From assembly GCA_023269235.1 (NCBI GenBank), contig JAHFTW010000001.1, forward strand, positions 43,548 through 107,547: a DNA stretch of 64,000 bases, given 5' to 3'. This stretch comes from Thermoplasmata archaeon (GTDB lineage Archaea > Thermoplasmatota > E2 > JACPAO01 > JAHFTW01). A program made the position numbers and the translations under genes. A model generated the notes under the pieces. It did no database searches and was not told where the DNA came from. It was given only the letters and a program-made list of their open reading frames with translations. How positions within the stretch are numbered: position 1 is the first letter of the stretch; the number at the start of each line of letters is the position of its first letter. Below, in pieces: positions 31,029 through 41,645 of this stretch.

Positions 31029-33496
31029 CGCGTGCGGCGCATGGCGACGGCGAGGGCCGCGAGGGCCAGGACGCCGAGGGCCAGCTCGAAGCCGGGGGTT
31101 CCCTTGCCCTGCGAGGAGCTCGCGGCGTGGCTGGCGGCCGCGGCGGCCGGCTCGTTGGGGGTCTGCTGAATGATGCCCTTGTCGTTGATGACGACGGGCG
31201 GGGCTTCGAGCACGTTGCCCCAGTACAGCATGTTGCGCAGAATCTGGTTGCCCGAGTACGTGGTGGCGTAGTGGTCCAGGCCGTAGGGGTGGTAGAACTC
31301 CTCCGTCGGGTCGGGCAACAGCGAGCCGATGAACTGGATCTGGCCCTTGCCGAGCGGGATCTTGCCGAGGCCGACGCCGTTGCCGGCGCAGCGGTCGCTG
31401 ATGCTCGTCGAGCCGCAGGCGATGCCCCAGACGTCGCCGCCGACCTTGCTCAGGGCGTCCGTCTTGACGAACCAGTTGGGGACCGCGTTGGCGCCCGTCT
31501 CGAAGCCGAGCGGGGTAGGCTCGACCGTCTGCTTGACGCCGCCGCGCACGTTGCGGTTGGCCTCGCTCGAGGCGTCCTGGTACTCGTAGAACACGGGCTT
31601 GGAGAGGTCCATCGCCTCGCCGCCCATGTACTGCAGGACGTTGTCCACGGCGCCGGAAGTGACGCCGGCGAGGTCGAGGAACTTGAGCGCCGAGTCGGTG
31701 AGGACGAGGTTGCCGCCGTCTTGGACCCAGCCCTTGATGGCCTCGACCGTCGCGGGGCTGCCGGCGATCTGCTCGATGGCGGAGCCGGGAATGACGAAGG
31801 AGTCGAAGCCGTTCAGCTTGGCGCGGGTGATCTCCTGGGTGGTCGCCTTGACGAGCACGCCCGGCTGGTTGCCGTTGCGCACGTAGGGCTTCAGGTCCTC
31901 CCAGTACTTGGCGGGGCGAGCAACGAAGCCGCCGTTCTTCCCGTAGTCCCACAGGTCGTCGCCGGGGTTCTTGTCGGCCCAGCCGCCGGGGGTCTTCAGG
32001 TTCCCTTTCTCGTCGATGTCGTCCTTGTTCGTGGCGACGAAGGTGGGCTCCAGGTAGAGGGTGCGCTTGCCGTGCGTCTCGAAGCTGATCTTGACGTCGA
32101 GGGCCGCGGCGTCCATGAAGGACTTGACGATCTCGCGCACGATCTTGACGTGGAAGTCGTTGAAGACCTGGCCGGGGCCGTACTGCGAGTCGGTCGTGAT
32201 GTGGTTGTAGGCCAACTCGATGTCGTAGCCAGGCGCGTTGAGGCCGGAGTCCTGGGCGAAGTAGTCGCCGTTGAAGCCGGAGTCAGTGTAGCCGATGGCG
32301 TCGATGACGGTGTAGTACTCGGCGAACTGGCTGGAGCCGGCGTTGGCGAGGGCGCCCTGCGTGAAGCACTCGTTGGCGGCGGTGCAGGCCGTGTTCTCGA
32401 CGTTCTCACCATTCTGGAACAGGTTTTGCCACCCGTCGAAGTGCGGGTCGTCGTTGAGGCGCTGCTTGAGGGTCTCGGCGAGGCGGACGCTGCGCTGCAT
32501 CTCCTGCGGCGTCATGGACGCGGCGGGCATCATGATGGCGCCGAAGTTCTGGTGGTTCAGCATGCCGTGGATGTCGATCGCGTAGCTCCAGGTGATGTTC
32601 TGCGTGAGCATCCAGTTGTAGTAGCCGATGGATTCCGGCTCGCCGACGGGGTCGCGCTGGGGGTTCTGCCAGCCGAGGGTGGGGGCCTGGCGGTTCAAGT
32701 CGACGTTGTGGCCGTTGGTGCGGCAGAAGCCGGGGCCGGCGCCGCAGTAGGGGTCCAGGATGAAGGGAACCTCGTCATGGGCCCATCCGTCCGCGTTGGG
32801 GAACAGGAGGAAGATGCGCATGAAGTCCAGGTAGTCGCGGTACGTGGAGACGTCGCCGCCGGTGGGCTTGGCAAGGGGCGTTGGCATGCCGGCGCCGTTC
32901 TGGACGGTCTCGGCCGCGAAGCCGATTCCCTTCAGGAGATCCTCGAGGACGCGGAAGCCGCCTTCGCGGCCGCCCTTCTCGTTGCCGTGGATGGAGAGCA
33001 TGAACAGCATCGACTGGCGGTTCTCCATTGGGATGGGGGAGTCCTTGTTGGTGATCTCCAGCATGTAGATGGGGAAGCGGACGCGGGCGCTGTCGGCGCA
33101 GCCGGGGCCCGTGGGGCAGCCGCCGACGGAGTCGGAGACATGGTGGACGGTGAGGTACTTCTTGCCCATCTCCGAGTTGGCGAGGTAGTCGAGCGCGGCC
33201 TGGAACTCGAAGTAGGAAACGTAATCGGTGGCTGGCAGGGAGCTGGCGCCCGCGAGCGCGTAGGGGGACCCGGCGGTCGAGAGGGGGCTGGCCTCGGGGA
33301 AGACGCGGCCGGTTGCGGACTCGCACACGCTGGGCATGATGACTGGGGGGACCATCGAGGGGGCGGGGCTGACCGAGCCAAGACAGTAGGGGACCGCCGG
33401 ATTGGCCGCCGCGGGGGTGGGAACAAGCGTGAACACGAAGAGCGCGGCCGCGAGCAGGGCGGGGCCGTTGCGCAGGAGGCGGGAGCCTTCCGACAT
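31025..33496 (-). CDS. Secreted M14-family zinc carboxypeptidase-like protein with PGF-CTERM archaeosortase sorting signal
   Basis: Signal peptide. SIHGNEKGG (M14 HxxE zinc site). C-terminus ...GTPGFELALGVLALAALAVAMRRTR* is PGF plus TM plus a basic tail. Confidence 0.7.
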   Translation of the reverse strand: MSEGSRLLRNGPALLAAALFVFTLVPTPAAANPAVPYCLGSVSPAPSMVPPVIMPSVCESATGRVFPEASPLSTAGSPYALAGASSLPATDYVSYFEFQAALDYLANSEMGKKYLTVHHVSDSVGGCPTGPGCADSARVRFPIYMLEITNKDSPIPMENRQSMLFMLSIHGNEKGGREGGFRVLEDLLKGIGFAAETVQNGAGMPTPLAKPTGGDVSTYRDYLDFMRIFLLFPNADGWAHDEVPFILDPYCGAGPGFCRTNGHNVDLNRQAPTLGWQNPQRDPVGEPESIGYYNWMLTQNITWSYAIDIHGMLNHQNFGAIMMPAASMTPQEMQRSVRLAETLKQRLNDDPHFDGWQNLFQNGENVENTACTAANECFTQGALANAGSSQFAEYYTVIDAIGYTDSGFNGDYFAQDSGLNAPGYDIELAYNHITTDSQYGPGQVFNDFHVKIVREIVKSFMDAAALDVKISFETHGKRTLYLEPTFVATNKDDIDEKGNLKTPGGWADKNPGDDLWDYGKNGGFVARPAKYWEDLKPYVRNGNQPGVLVKATTQEITRAKLNGFDSFVIPGSAIEQIAGSPATVEAIKGWVQDGGNLVLTDSALKFLDLAGVTSGAVDNVLQYMGGEAMDLSKPVFYEYQDASSEANRNVRGGVKQTVEPTPLGFETGANAVPNWFVKTDALSKVGGDVWGIACGSTSISDRCAGNGVGLGKIPLGKGQIQFIGSLLPDPTEEFYHPYGLDHYATTYSGNQILRNMLYWGNVLEAPPVVINDKGIIQQTPNEPAAAAASHAASSSQGKGTPGFELALGVLALAALAVAMRRTR

Positions 33497-33642
33497 AAGG
33501 GCGCGACCCTAGGGGGCCTGTTTAACGTTTGTCGGGCTCGGCTCACCGCAGATTTGCGGGAGGGTCCCACCAGTTGAAGGACGCTGGCGGGCGCAACCCG
33601 CGTGGTCATTCCTGGAATCAGGCGGGAATTCGACGAATCCGT

Positions 33643-33891
33643 TCACCAGAAGTCCGCCGACGCCCCGGACGAGTCCAAAGGGTCCTCGTAGACTTCCTTG
33701 GTCGCCTTGAAGCCGGCGGCCTCGGCGCGGGCCATGAGCGCCTTCGCGCCGGCCTCGTCGGAGACGGGGAACTCGAAGGTGAGCTTCGTGCCCGCCTCGG
33801 ACAGGAGCTTCTTGAAGTTCTCACGGTCCTCCTTGAACAGCTTGGCCGTGGCGTTGTCCTTGCAGACGACGGCGACGCGCAGGGTGGCCAT
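33643..33891 (-). CDS. Small hypothetical protein
   Basis: 82-aa ORF starting MATLRVAVV. No recognised domain. Confidence 0.35.
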   Translation of the reverse strand: MATLRVAVVCKDNATAKLFKEDRENFKKLLSEAGTKLTFEFPVSDEAGAKALMARAEAAGFKATKEVYEDPLDSSGASADFW

Positions 33892-33896
33892 GCGGC

Positions 33897-34393
<497 letters not shown>

Positions 34394-34397
<4 letters not shown>

Positions 34398-35044
34398 TTA
34401 GCGGTTTGGCTCGGTCCTGGCAAGGCGTCCGGGGTGGCGATGAACCAGCCTTCGAGGACCGGGTGGCGGCGAACGGCCTCCCAGGCCAGGCGGGTCCCAG
34501 GGGGAAGGCCCCGGAGGTGGGCGACCGTCGCCCCTTCGACGACCAGGGTGGCAAGCTCCGTGGACGTGGCCAGCTCGGCCTCGGCTTGGACGCGGACCTG
34601 TCCGGCGTCCTCGACCCGGCGGTCGGGCGAGAGCGCGACCAGGAAGCCGTTCAGGGGTTCGCCGTGCGAGGCCTCGACGATGTCGACGCGGGCGGCTCCC
34701 AGGCCGAGCTCAGGGCCGTCGCGGCCCGCCTTCACAACGGCGCCGCGGAGCCGAAGCGAGAGGCCCGGTCGCCACGCGGCGGCGCGAGCGGCCTCCTCGT
34801 CCCACAGCACCAGGTCCGCCTCGCCCGTCGTGTCGCGGAGCGCGACCTTCAGCAGGCGGCCTTCGCCGCCGCGCTTGCGGGTGAAGGTGCGCGGGAGGCC
34901 GATGGCGACGATTTGGGCCTCGACGACGCCGACCGCGCCGGGCACGAGGGTTCCGAGCGCGAGGCGGAGCGTCTCGTCATGACCCGCCGCCGCGCGTCGA
35001 GCGCGCTCCGCGACGATGGGGTCCACGAGGTCCTCCCAGTCCAT
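34394..35044 (-). CDS. OB-fold nucleic-acid-binding protein (RPA/SSB-like), putative
   Basis: Two OB-like segments (e.g. [22 protein letters not shown]). The assignment is weak. Confidence 0.35.
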
Positions 35045-35195
35045 GCGTCGGCGACCGCAAGTGGGGGGAAGAGGCCATCGGGCGGTGGGGCAAAACCAAT
35101 CCTTCGGACAAGCGCGGGATGAAGCACCGCAAGAAGTCCGACGTCAACCCCCGTCACCCAAACGCTCATCCGGGCGAGGGCGATTTCACGGTGTG

Positions 35196-35762
35196 ATGGA
35201 GGCGTTCCGGCTCATCGAGGTCGAACTGCCAGGCGAGGGGTTCGTCCAGGCCGAACAGACGCGCGGCGCGCCGGGGGCGGTCCTGGATGGCATGCGGCAT
35301 CGCACACGCATCGGCGTCCACGGGCTGGTCTTCTCCAGTTTCGCCATCGTGAGCGGCATGGGCCAACCCGCCATCCAAGCCCTGGTCGCGGCTCTCGATG
35401 CCCGCTACCTTCCCACGAAGGACCTTGGGCCGTTGCCGGGCGTCGGGCATCTTCTGGAGACGCACATTCCCTTGAGCGCTCTTCGGTCGGACGCGTTCCG
35501 CTTCCTGTTCCGCTTCCATGAACGATTTCCTCGGCCATGGATCCATTGCGAGGATGGGCGGTACCTCATCCGGGGGGAGGCCCCGCCGGGCGACGAGGCC
35601 GACGATGTCGTCCAACGCGTGGAGGCCTACTTCGTCAAGCGGGGGGTCGGCTCCGTGCGCGTGATGGCCCCGACCGTGGAGGAACGCGCCCGCTTCGACC
35701 TGCTCAGCGATTTGGCATTGGGGCGACGCGGACTAGGTTCGGGGCCCAGGGTGCCGGCGTAG
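35196..35762 (+). CDS. Hypothetical protein
   Basis: ORF only. Start at MEAFRLIEV. Confidence 0.35.
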   Translation: MEAFRLIEVELPGEGFVQAEQTRGAPGAVLDGMRHRTRIGVHGLVFSSFAIVSGMGQPAIQALVAALDARYLPTKDLGPLPGVGHLLETHIPLSALRSDAFRFLFRFHERFPRPWIHCEDGRYLIRGEAPPGDEADDVVQRVEAYFVKRGVGSVRVMAPTVEERARFDLLSDLALGRRGLGSGPRVPA

Positions 35763-35824
35763 CCGACGCATTCGGCGCGCATCCGGTGCCCTTTCAAGCC
35801 TAAAGCGACTGAAGCGCCTGTCGC

Positions 35825-36583
35825 ATGGATGACCGCCCCTTCGCCGGCCGCACCGCCCTGGTGACCGGCGCCGCCGCCCGCCTTGGCCGCATCATCGCGC
35901 TCCGGCTCGGCACGCTCGGGGCGAGCGTCGTCGTCCACCATAACGCCAGCACCGTCGGCGCCTACCAGGTGTGCTCCGAGCTGCAAAGCCGCGGCGTCGA
36001 GGCGTTCGCGGTCCCGCAGGAGCTTGGCGACCCGAACGGGCCCGCGAAGCTGATGGCCGCCGCGCGCAAGGCCGCCGGCAAGCCGCTGGACTTCCTGGTC
36101 AACAACGCGGCCACCTACCCGAAGGCAAAAGTGACCGACTTGAGCTGGGACAAGCTCACCGACAGCCTGGCCGTCAACGCGTGGGCGCCCTTCGAGCTGA
36201 CCCGCCTCTTCGCGGCGCAGGCCAAGAAGGGCGGCGCCGTGGTGAACCTGCTCGACACGCGCATCGCCGACTACGACTGGGACCACGTCGGTTACATTCT
36301 CTCCAAGCACATGCTCGCCGAGATGACGCGTCTCTGCGCGGTGCAGTACGCCCCGGATGTGCGCGTCAACGCCGTCGCCCCAGGCCCCATCCTGCCCCCG
36401 GTCGGCGAGGCTGAGGCGACCCTCGACCGGTTGAGCCGCCACCTGCCCCTGCGCACGACGCCGACGCCCGACGACGTCGCGGACGCGGTCCTCTACCTTC
36501 TCGGCTCGCGCGGCGTGACCGGCGACATCCTGCACGTGGACTCCGGCCGGCACCTCGGCAAGGCCGTGTACGACCCGAAGTAG
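35825..36583 (+). CDS. Short-chain dehydrogenase/reductase (SDR)
   Basis: TGAAARLG Rossmann motif, NNAA, and the Y-x3-K catalytic pair (YILSKHML). Confidence 0.85.
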   Translation: MDDRPFAGRTALVTGAAARLGRIIALRLGTLGASVVVHHNASTVGAYQVCSELQSRGVEAFAVPQELGDPNGPAKLMAAARKAAGKPLDFLVNNAATYPKAKVTDLSWDKLTDSLAVNAWAPFELTRLFAAQAKKGGAVVNLLDTRIADYDWDHVGYILSKHMLAEMTRLCAVQYAPDVRVNAVAPGPILPPVGEAEATLDRLSRHLPLRTTPTPDDVADAVLYLLGSRGVTGDILHVDSGRHLGKAVYDPK

Positions 36584-36655
36584 CCGACGCCCACGTCCTC
36601 GGCCCCACCGGTCCGGCATCCTCCACCTTATGCGGCAAGCCCCGCATCGCGGCGC

Positions 36656-37129
36656 GTGGTCTCCGTCGGCCAGCCCCTGCCCGCCTTCTCCGTCCTCGCC
36701 GCCGTGAGCGGACGCACCGTCTCCCCCGCCCTCTTCGCAGGAACCGGCGTCCTCGTCGTGCACGGTGCCAAGACCGCCGACGCCGCGAAGGAGGTCAGCA
36801 AGGCCGTGCGCACGAAGTGGCCGCAGCCCGGCGCCGTCGCGCTCGCCACCGTCGTCGACCTGCGCGCCTTCGCCGGCATCTGGAAGAAGGTCGCGGAGGC
36901 GCAGCTCAAGTCCACCTACGAGAAGCTCGCCGCGAAGGCGAAGGAGGCCGGCATGGATCCCGCCGAGCAGGTCCTCATCGGCACCGATTGGGATGGGGCC
37001 GCAAGCCAAACCCTCGGCGTGGAGAAGCCGGACGAGGAGGCTGTCGCCTACGTCCTCCAAGGCGGCAAGGTCACGGCCGTCTGCAAGGGCAAGGAGATGG
37101 CGGCCGCCGTCGTCGCGGCGCTCACCTAG
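36656..37129 (+). CDS. Hypothetical protein, possibly redoxin-like fold
   Basis: N-terminus VGQPLPAFSV resembles peroxiredoxin/TlpA starts but no CxxC motif was seen. GTG start. Confidence 0.35.
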   Translation: MVSVGQPLPAFSVLAAVSGRTVSPALFAGTGVLVVHGAKTADAAKEVSKAVRTKWPQPGAVALATVVDLRAFAGIWKKVAEAQLKSTYEKLAAKAKEAGMDPAEQVLIGTDWDGAASQTLGVEKPDEEAVAYVLQGGKVTAVCKGKEMAAAVVAALT

Positions 37130-37203
37130 GGCCAGGCTGAACGGGTCCACGCGAACGGAATCGGTCGGGGCCGGCGCTTCCGTTCGGGACTGCGCCTTGC
37201 GGC

Positions 37204-38394
37204 ATGGCCATAACCGTTGCCGCCCATAGGGACATGATGCGCGACGTCTGCGTCGTCGGGATCGGCAGCACGAAGTACGGCAAGTCGGACCTCTCCGCCC
37301 GCGAGCTGATGGCGTCCGCCGCCCAGGGCGCCATCGCGGACGCCGGCATCGACCCCGACCGCATCGCCTCCGGCATCTTCGGCAACGCGTTTGGCGTCGC
37401 GGAGAAGCAGGGCCACCTCGGCCCGCTCATCATGACGGCGCTCGGCCTCGACACGAAGCCCGCCACCGTCGTCGAGACCGCCTGCGCCTCGGGCGGCACC
37501 GCGTTCCACCACGGATATCGGGAGGTCGCGGGCGGCTTCTCGGACGCGGTGCTCATCGGCGGCGTCGAGCGCGTCAGCATGCTGGACACGCTCACCGCGA
37601 CGACGTACTTCGCGTACGGCTCGGATTTTACCTACGAGGGCGGCACCGGCTGCTCGTTCCCCGGCCTCTACGCCACCATGGCGCGCAGCTACTTCCAGCG
37701 CTACGGCGCGACGGAGCAGGACCTCGCCAACGTCGCCATCAAGAACCACGAGAACGCCCTCCACAACCCACTGGCGCACCTGCAAAAGCGCATCACGATG
37801 GAGGACGTCATGGGTTCGATGAAGGTCGCCGACCCGCTCAAGCTCTACGACGCGTGCCCGTTCTCCGACGGAGCGGCGGCCGCCATCCTGTGCGACGAGA
37901 AGACGGCGCGCGAGTTCACGGACACACCCATCTTTGTGGAGGCGAGTGCTCGCGCCGGAAGCATCGCGGCGCTCCATGACCGCCCCGACCTGACGAGCCT
38001 CCCCGGCGCCGTCCTCGCCGGGCAGACCGCGCTCCAGCAGGCCAAGCTCACCGTGGACCAGATCGATTTCTTCGAGGTGCACGACTGCTTCACCATCGCC
38101 GAGGTCGCGGCCAGTGAGGACCTGGGCCTGTTCAAGAAAGGCACCGGCGCCAAGGCCGCCACCGACGGCCTCACGCGCATCGGCTCCAAGCGCCCCATCA
38201 ACCCGAGCGGCGGCCTCAAGGCGAAGGGCCACCCCGTCGGCGCGACCGGGGCGGGCCAGGTCGTCGAGGTCGTCAAGCAGCTGCGCGGCGAGGCGGGGGG
38301 CCGCCAGGTCGAGAACGCCCGTCGCGGCCTTACGCACAACGTCGGCGCCACCGGCGGCACGGTGGTCGTCAACATCCTGTCCCGGAGGTCGTGA
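37204..38394 (+). CDS. Thiolase-like acetyl-CoA C-acetyltransferase (archaeal SCP-x type)
   Basis: TACASGGTAF active-site Cys region and C-terminal GH..GATG. Followed by its DUF35 partner. Confidence 0.85.
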   Translation: MAITVAAHRDMMRDVCVVGIGSTKYGKSDLSARELMASAAQGAIADAGIDPDRIASGIFGNAFGVAEKQGHLGPLIMTALGLDTKPATVVETACASGGTAFHHGYREVAGGFSDAVLIGGVERVSMLDTLTATTYFAYGSDFTYEGGTGCSFPGLYATMARSYFQRYGATEQDLANVAIKNHENALHNPLAHLQKRITMEDVMGSMKVADPLKLYDACPFSDGAAAAILCDEKTAREFTDTPIFVEASARAGSIAALHDRPDLTSLPGAVLAGQTALQQAKLTVDQIDFFEVHDCFTIAEVAASEDLGLFKKGTGAKAATDGLTRIGSKRPINPSGGLKAKGHPVGATGAGQVVEVVKQLRGEAGGRQVENARRGLTHNVGATGGTVVVNILSRRS

Positions 38395-38396
38395 GA

Positions 38397-38785
38397 TGGC
38401 CGACGTCGAGTCGCCGCGCCCCGTCATGAGCCTCAAGGAGCAGCGCGAGGAGCTGCGCAACGGCAACGTCGTCGGCTACCACTGCAAGGCGTGCGGCGAG
38501 GACCGCTTCAGCCCCATGCTGCGCTGCCCGAAATGCAAGTCCGGCAAGGTCGAGCGGCGCACGTTCAGCAAGACCGGCACCGTCGTCACCTACACCGTCC
38601 AGTCCGTCGCCTCCGAGCAGTTCCTCAACGAGACGCCGTTCGCGTTCGCCATCATCAAGCTCGACGACGGCCCCACCGTCTCCGGCTGGATTCCTTGGAT
38701 CGCGAAGCCAAAGGATTTGCCGATGGGCCAGAAGGTCGAGTACGTCGCGAGCTACAAGCCCGGAATGATGTTTGAAAAGCGTTAG
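38397..38785 (+). CDS. DUF35 OB-fold/Zn-ribbon protein (thiolase/HMG-CoA synthase scaffold subunit)
   Basis: CKACGEDRFSPMLRCPKCKSGK Zn ribbon plus an OB-fold. Begins 3 nt after the thiolase stop. Confidence 0.8.
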
Positions 38786-38835
38786 TTCGCCCTTCGCACC
38801 AATTCGCTTAAGTGAGCCCCTTCCGGGTCCTGCCC

Positions 38836-39810
38836 ATGCGCCGTGCGCTTGCCCTGATTGTCGTTTGTGCCTTCGTGGCCGGATGCGCCCAGCCGAAGTC
38901 GGACCCCACGACGTCCTCGACGACCCAGGCGGCCACCTCGTCGCCTGAGCCTGGCGTCCCCCAGGTGCTGGCCGACGCGAAGCAGGCACGCTCCCTGAAC
39001 AACCTCACCTCGTTCCACTGGGCCCTGGATGGCGTCGTCGACGACTACGCCCTAGAGTTCACCGTGGACTTCGGCAAGCAGAACCGCTGCAAGACAGAGG
39101 TCGCCATCGAGGACGGCGGCGGGTTGGGGCCGCACCTGCTCAGTCTCCTTGAGGCAAGAAATAGCATCAGCTGGGGTTCCAGCGGCTCGGGCAGCACGGC
39201 GGCCGCCCACGCGGGCACCGTCGACACCCGCAGCGAGAGCGGCGGCGGAGGGTCGAGCTTGTCCGGGCAATCTGGGACGTTCAGCGGGGAGCAACGCTTC
39301 ACCTACCTGGTGCGCAACGCACAGCCGAGCGAGCACGGGTTCCTCCTGGGCAATGCCTCCATCGGGTTCTCCGTCACTTGCGATTCCCCGTTCAGCATCC
39401 GGGATGCCCAAGGGGGTCGCCAGGTTATGCTGCTCGATCCGTCCAACTTGGGCGGAGGCGCCGGAGCGGAGGTCTTCCTCGTCGGGTCGGCCGACGTGCT
39501 CGACACGGCCAGCAAGGAGTTCACCGCGCCCAAGGTCCGCGTCGGCGCCGGCGGGTTCGGGGTGCATGCCGCCCACGTGACCGCGGCCCACCCGTCCGGG
39601 ACCGAGGAGTGGATCTGGGCGCCCGACATGGCGGCGTCCGCGCTCCCGGACACGTTCATCGTGGACGACACGGCAGGCACCGTCTCCTTCACCGTGGAGC
39701 AGGCGGGCGTCTACTTCGAGGCCTTCTGGCTGGCGGCGTGGGGCTTCGACGGTCCGATCGACTTGGCGGCCAATGAACGGTCTGCGTCCGTCGTTGAGAG
39801 CCCGTTCTAG
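38836..39810 (+). CDS. Secreted lipoprotein, unknown function (Gly/Ser-rich)
   Basis: MRRALALIVVCAFVAGCAQ lipobox. The longer ORF has a GTG at 38812. Confidence 0.55.
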   Translation: MRRALALIVVCAFVAGCAQPKSDPTTSSTTQAATSSPEPGVPQVLADAKQARSLNNLTSFHWALDGVVDDYALEFTVDFGKQNRCKTEVAIEDGGGLGPHLLSLLEARNSISWGSSGSGSTAAAHAGTVDTRSESGGGGSSLSGQSGTFSGEQRFTYLVRNAQPSEHGFLLGNASIGFSVTCDSPFSIRDAQGGRQVMLLDPSNLGGGAGAEVFLVGSADVLDTASKEFTAPKVRVGAGGFGVHAAHVTAAHPSGTEEWIWAPDMAASALPDTFIVDDTAGTVSFTVEQAGVYFEAFWLAAWGFDGPIDLAANERSASVVESPF

Positions 39811-39816
39811 GCCGCG

Positions 39817-40833
39817 TCAAAGACCCTTGAGCACCGATGCGACGCCCGCAGGGACCTCGCCGGCGACTAGGTAGGCCGCGCGCTTGGCGATGGGGTCGGT
39901 CGCCTCGCAGCCGATGGCGCAGACCAGCGGGTTGCCCTCGATGGCCTCCAGGAAGTCGAGGGCGCCGCGCACGCCCACCGTGACGAGGAGCCGCGGCGCG
40001 ACGTGGTGGTCGTGGACGCCCACGACGTTGCCCTCGTCCTTGGCGAGGCCGCGCTCGACGATGCCGACGGTGACGCCGAAGACGGCGTCGAGGCGCTGGG
40101 CGAGCTGGCGCGCGAGGTCCAGCTCGGCGGCGCTCTGGATGCGGGCGCCAGCGACGACGACGCGGTCGGCCGTCTCCAGCGTCGGCGTGGGCGCCGGTTT
40201 GTGGCCGAGCACCTCGATGGGCGCGAGACGGCCGGCCTCGACCGAGAGGTCGTGGACGCGCACCGTCGCGTCCGGCGTCTCCAAGGGGGCGCGGAACAGG
40301 CCGCGCTGGACGGAGACGAACTGCGGCAGGACCTGCAGGGCGCTCACGACCTGGAAGCGCGCCTGGCCGCCGGACTCGTGGGTGACGACGGCCTTGCGCT
40401 CGCTCGTGTCCATCTCGACCTTGCTGGCGCCGGTGGCAAAGCCGACGCCGAGGCGGTTGGCGGCGTACGCGGTGACGGCGTCGCCGGTGCGGCTCTGGAA
40501 GACGAGGACCAGCTCGGGCTTGCGTTTGCGGACGACCTGCTCCAGGATGCGCGCGGTGTGGTCGATGGGGGCGTAGTCGGGCGCCGCGACGCGGTACACG
40601 GTGTCGATGGGGTAGCGCTTGAGTTCGGCGGTGGCGGCGTCGAGGCTGGAGCCGATGAGCAGCACCTCGACCCGGCAGCCCAGTTCGTCGGCGAGGAAAC
40701 GCGCGCGGCTGACGAGGGCGAGCGTCTCGGGGTACACGCCGGTCTTGGTCGCGCGGCCAAGGACGAGGATGTTTCGCCAGTCATTGCCGCGCACGTCCTC
40801 CAGGTTCGCGGCGGGGCGCGGCGCATCCGCCAT
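39817..40833 (-). CDS. etfA: Electron transfer flavoprotein alpha subunit
   Basis: N-terminal alpha/beta domain and a C-terminal FAD-binding region (VGVHDHHVAPRLLVTVGVRGALDF...AIGCEATDPIAKRA). ATG at 40833 verified in sequence. Confidence 0.85.
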   Translation of the reverse strand: MADAPRPAANLEDVRGNDWRNILVLGRATKTGVYPETLALVSRARFLADELGCRVEVLLIGSSLDAATAELKRYPIDTVYRVAAPDYAPIDHTARILEQVVRKRKPELVLVFQSRTGDAVTAYAANRLGVGFATGASKVEMDTSERKAVVTHESGGQARFQVVSALQVLPQFVSVQRGLFRAPLETPDATVRVHDLSVEAGRLAPIEVLGHKPAPTPTLETADRVVVAGARIQSAAELDLARQLAQRLDAVFGVTVGIVERGLAKDEGNVVGVHDHHVAPRLLVTVGVRGALDFLEAIEGNPLVCAIGCEATDPIAKRAAYLVAGEVPAGVASVLKGL

Positions 40834-40868
40834 CGTGGCGTAGAGGCCGGCGAGGCCGAGGTCGTCGC

Positions 40869-41645
40869 TCACGGGGAGCCTCCCTTCTCCGCGATGAGGC
40901 TGCGGCTGCGCAGGCGACGGACGAGGGTCGCGCCGTCCACGCTCTCCAGGCTGCGCGACTCCTGCGGGACGTTCTCGATGCGCTGGCGCTTCGTGAGGGC
41001 CTTCTGCACAGTGTAGTTGTCGGCCTTGACACGCAGGATGCCCTTGACGCGGTGGGCGTCGTGGATGCCCCACGCCGTCGGGTGGCTGGGCTCCAGGTCG
41101 CCGACCAGCAGGACGGAGGGGCGCGGGACGCGCAGGTCGTAGTCGCCGAAGAGGGACTGGTACGCGATGCGCAGGCCGACGCCATCCACGGCGACGCGGC
41201 TCACCCCGACGAGGCAGGGAAGCTCCAGCTGGCCCGCGAGGGCGGCGAGCGTCCCGGTGAACCCGGCGAACTCGCTGCGGGCGGGGCCGATGACGGCGTC
41301 GAAGGGCCCCATCTGCTTGTACACCTCCGCGATGGTGGTCGCGCGCGTCGAGGCGTCGGACTCGCTCTTCTCGGCGCCCTCGACGAGGACGCCCTGGTCG
41401 GCGCCGTGGGCCAGCGCCTCGCGCAGGACCTCCTCGCCGCCGCCTTTGTCCACGTGGACGACGACGAGCTCGGCGCCCTCGGCGGCGAGCTGCTTGGCGA
41501 GGGCGAGCGCCTGCGCCGACTCGCGGCTCAGGATGCGCTCGACGCCCTCGGTGTCCACGAGGCCGTTGCGCTTGAGGCGCACCTTGCCATGGAAGGCGCC
41601 CGTGACGGGGACGAGGACGCGCAGACGCGCCCCGGATGGAGGCAT
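40869..41645 (-). CDS. etfB: Electron transfer flavoprotein beta subunit
   Basis: ETF beta fold (RVLVPVTGAFHGKVRL...VYKQMGPFDAVIGPARSEFAGFTG). Start overlaps the ACAD stop by 1 nt. Confidence 0.85.
   Translation of the reverse strand: MPPSGARLRVLVPVTGAFHGKVRLKRNGLVDTEGVERILSRESAQALALAKQLAAEGAELVVVHVDKGGGEEVLREALAHGADQGVLVEGAEKSESDASTRATTIAEVYKQMGPFDAVIGPARSEFAGFTGTLAALAGQLELPCLVGVSRVAVDGVGLRIAYQSLFGDYDLRVPRPSVLLVGDLEPSHPTAWGIHDAHRVKGILRVKADNYTVQKALTKRQRIENVPQESRSLESVDGATLVRRLRSRSLIAEKGGSP

Noticed and set aside
30932-33577. 881-aa plus-strand ORF
   Set aside because: Antisense to the M14 peptidase with PGF-CTERM, which has a signal peptide, a zinc site and a sorting signal. Gly/Ala/Val/Asp-rich low complexity.
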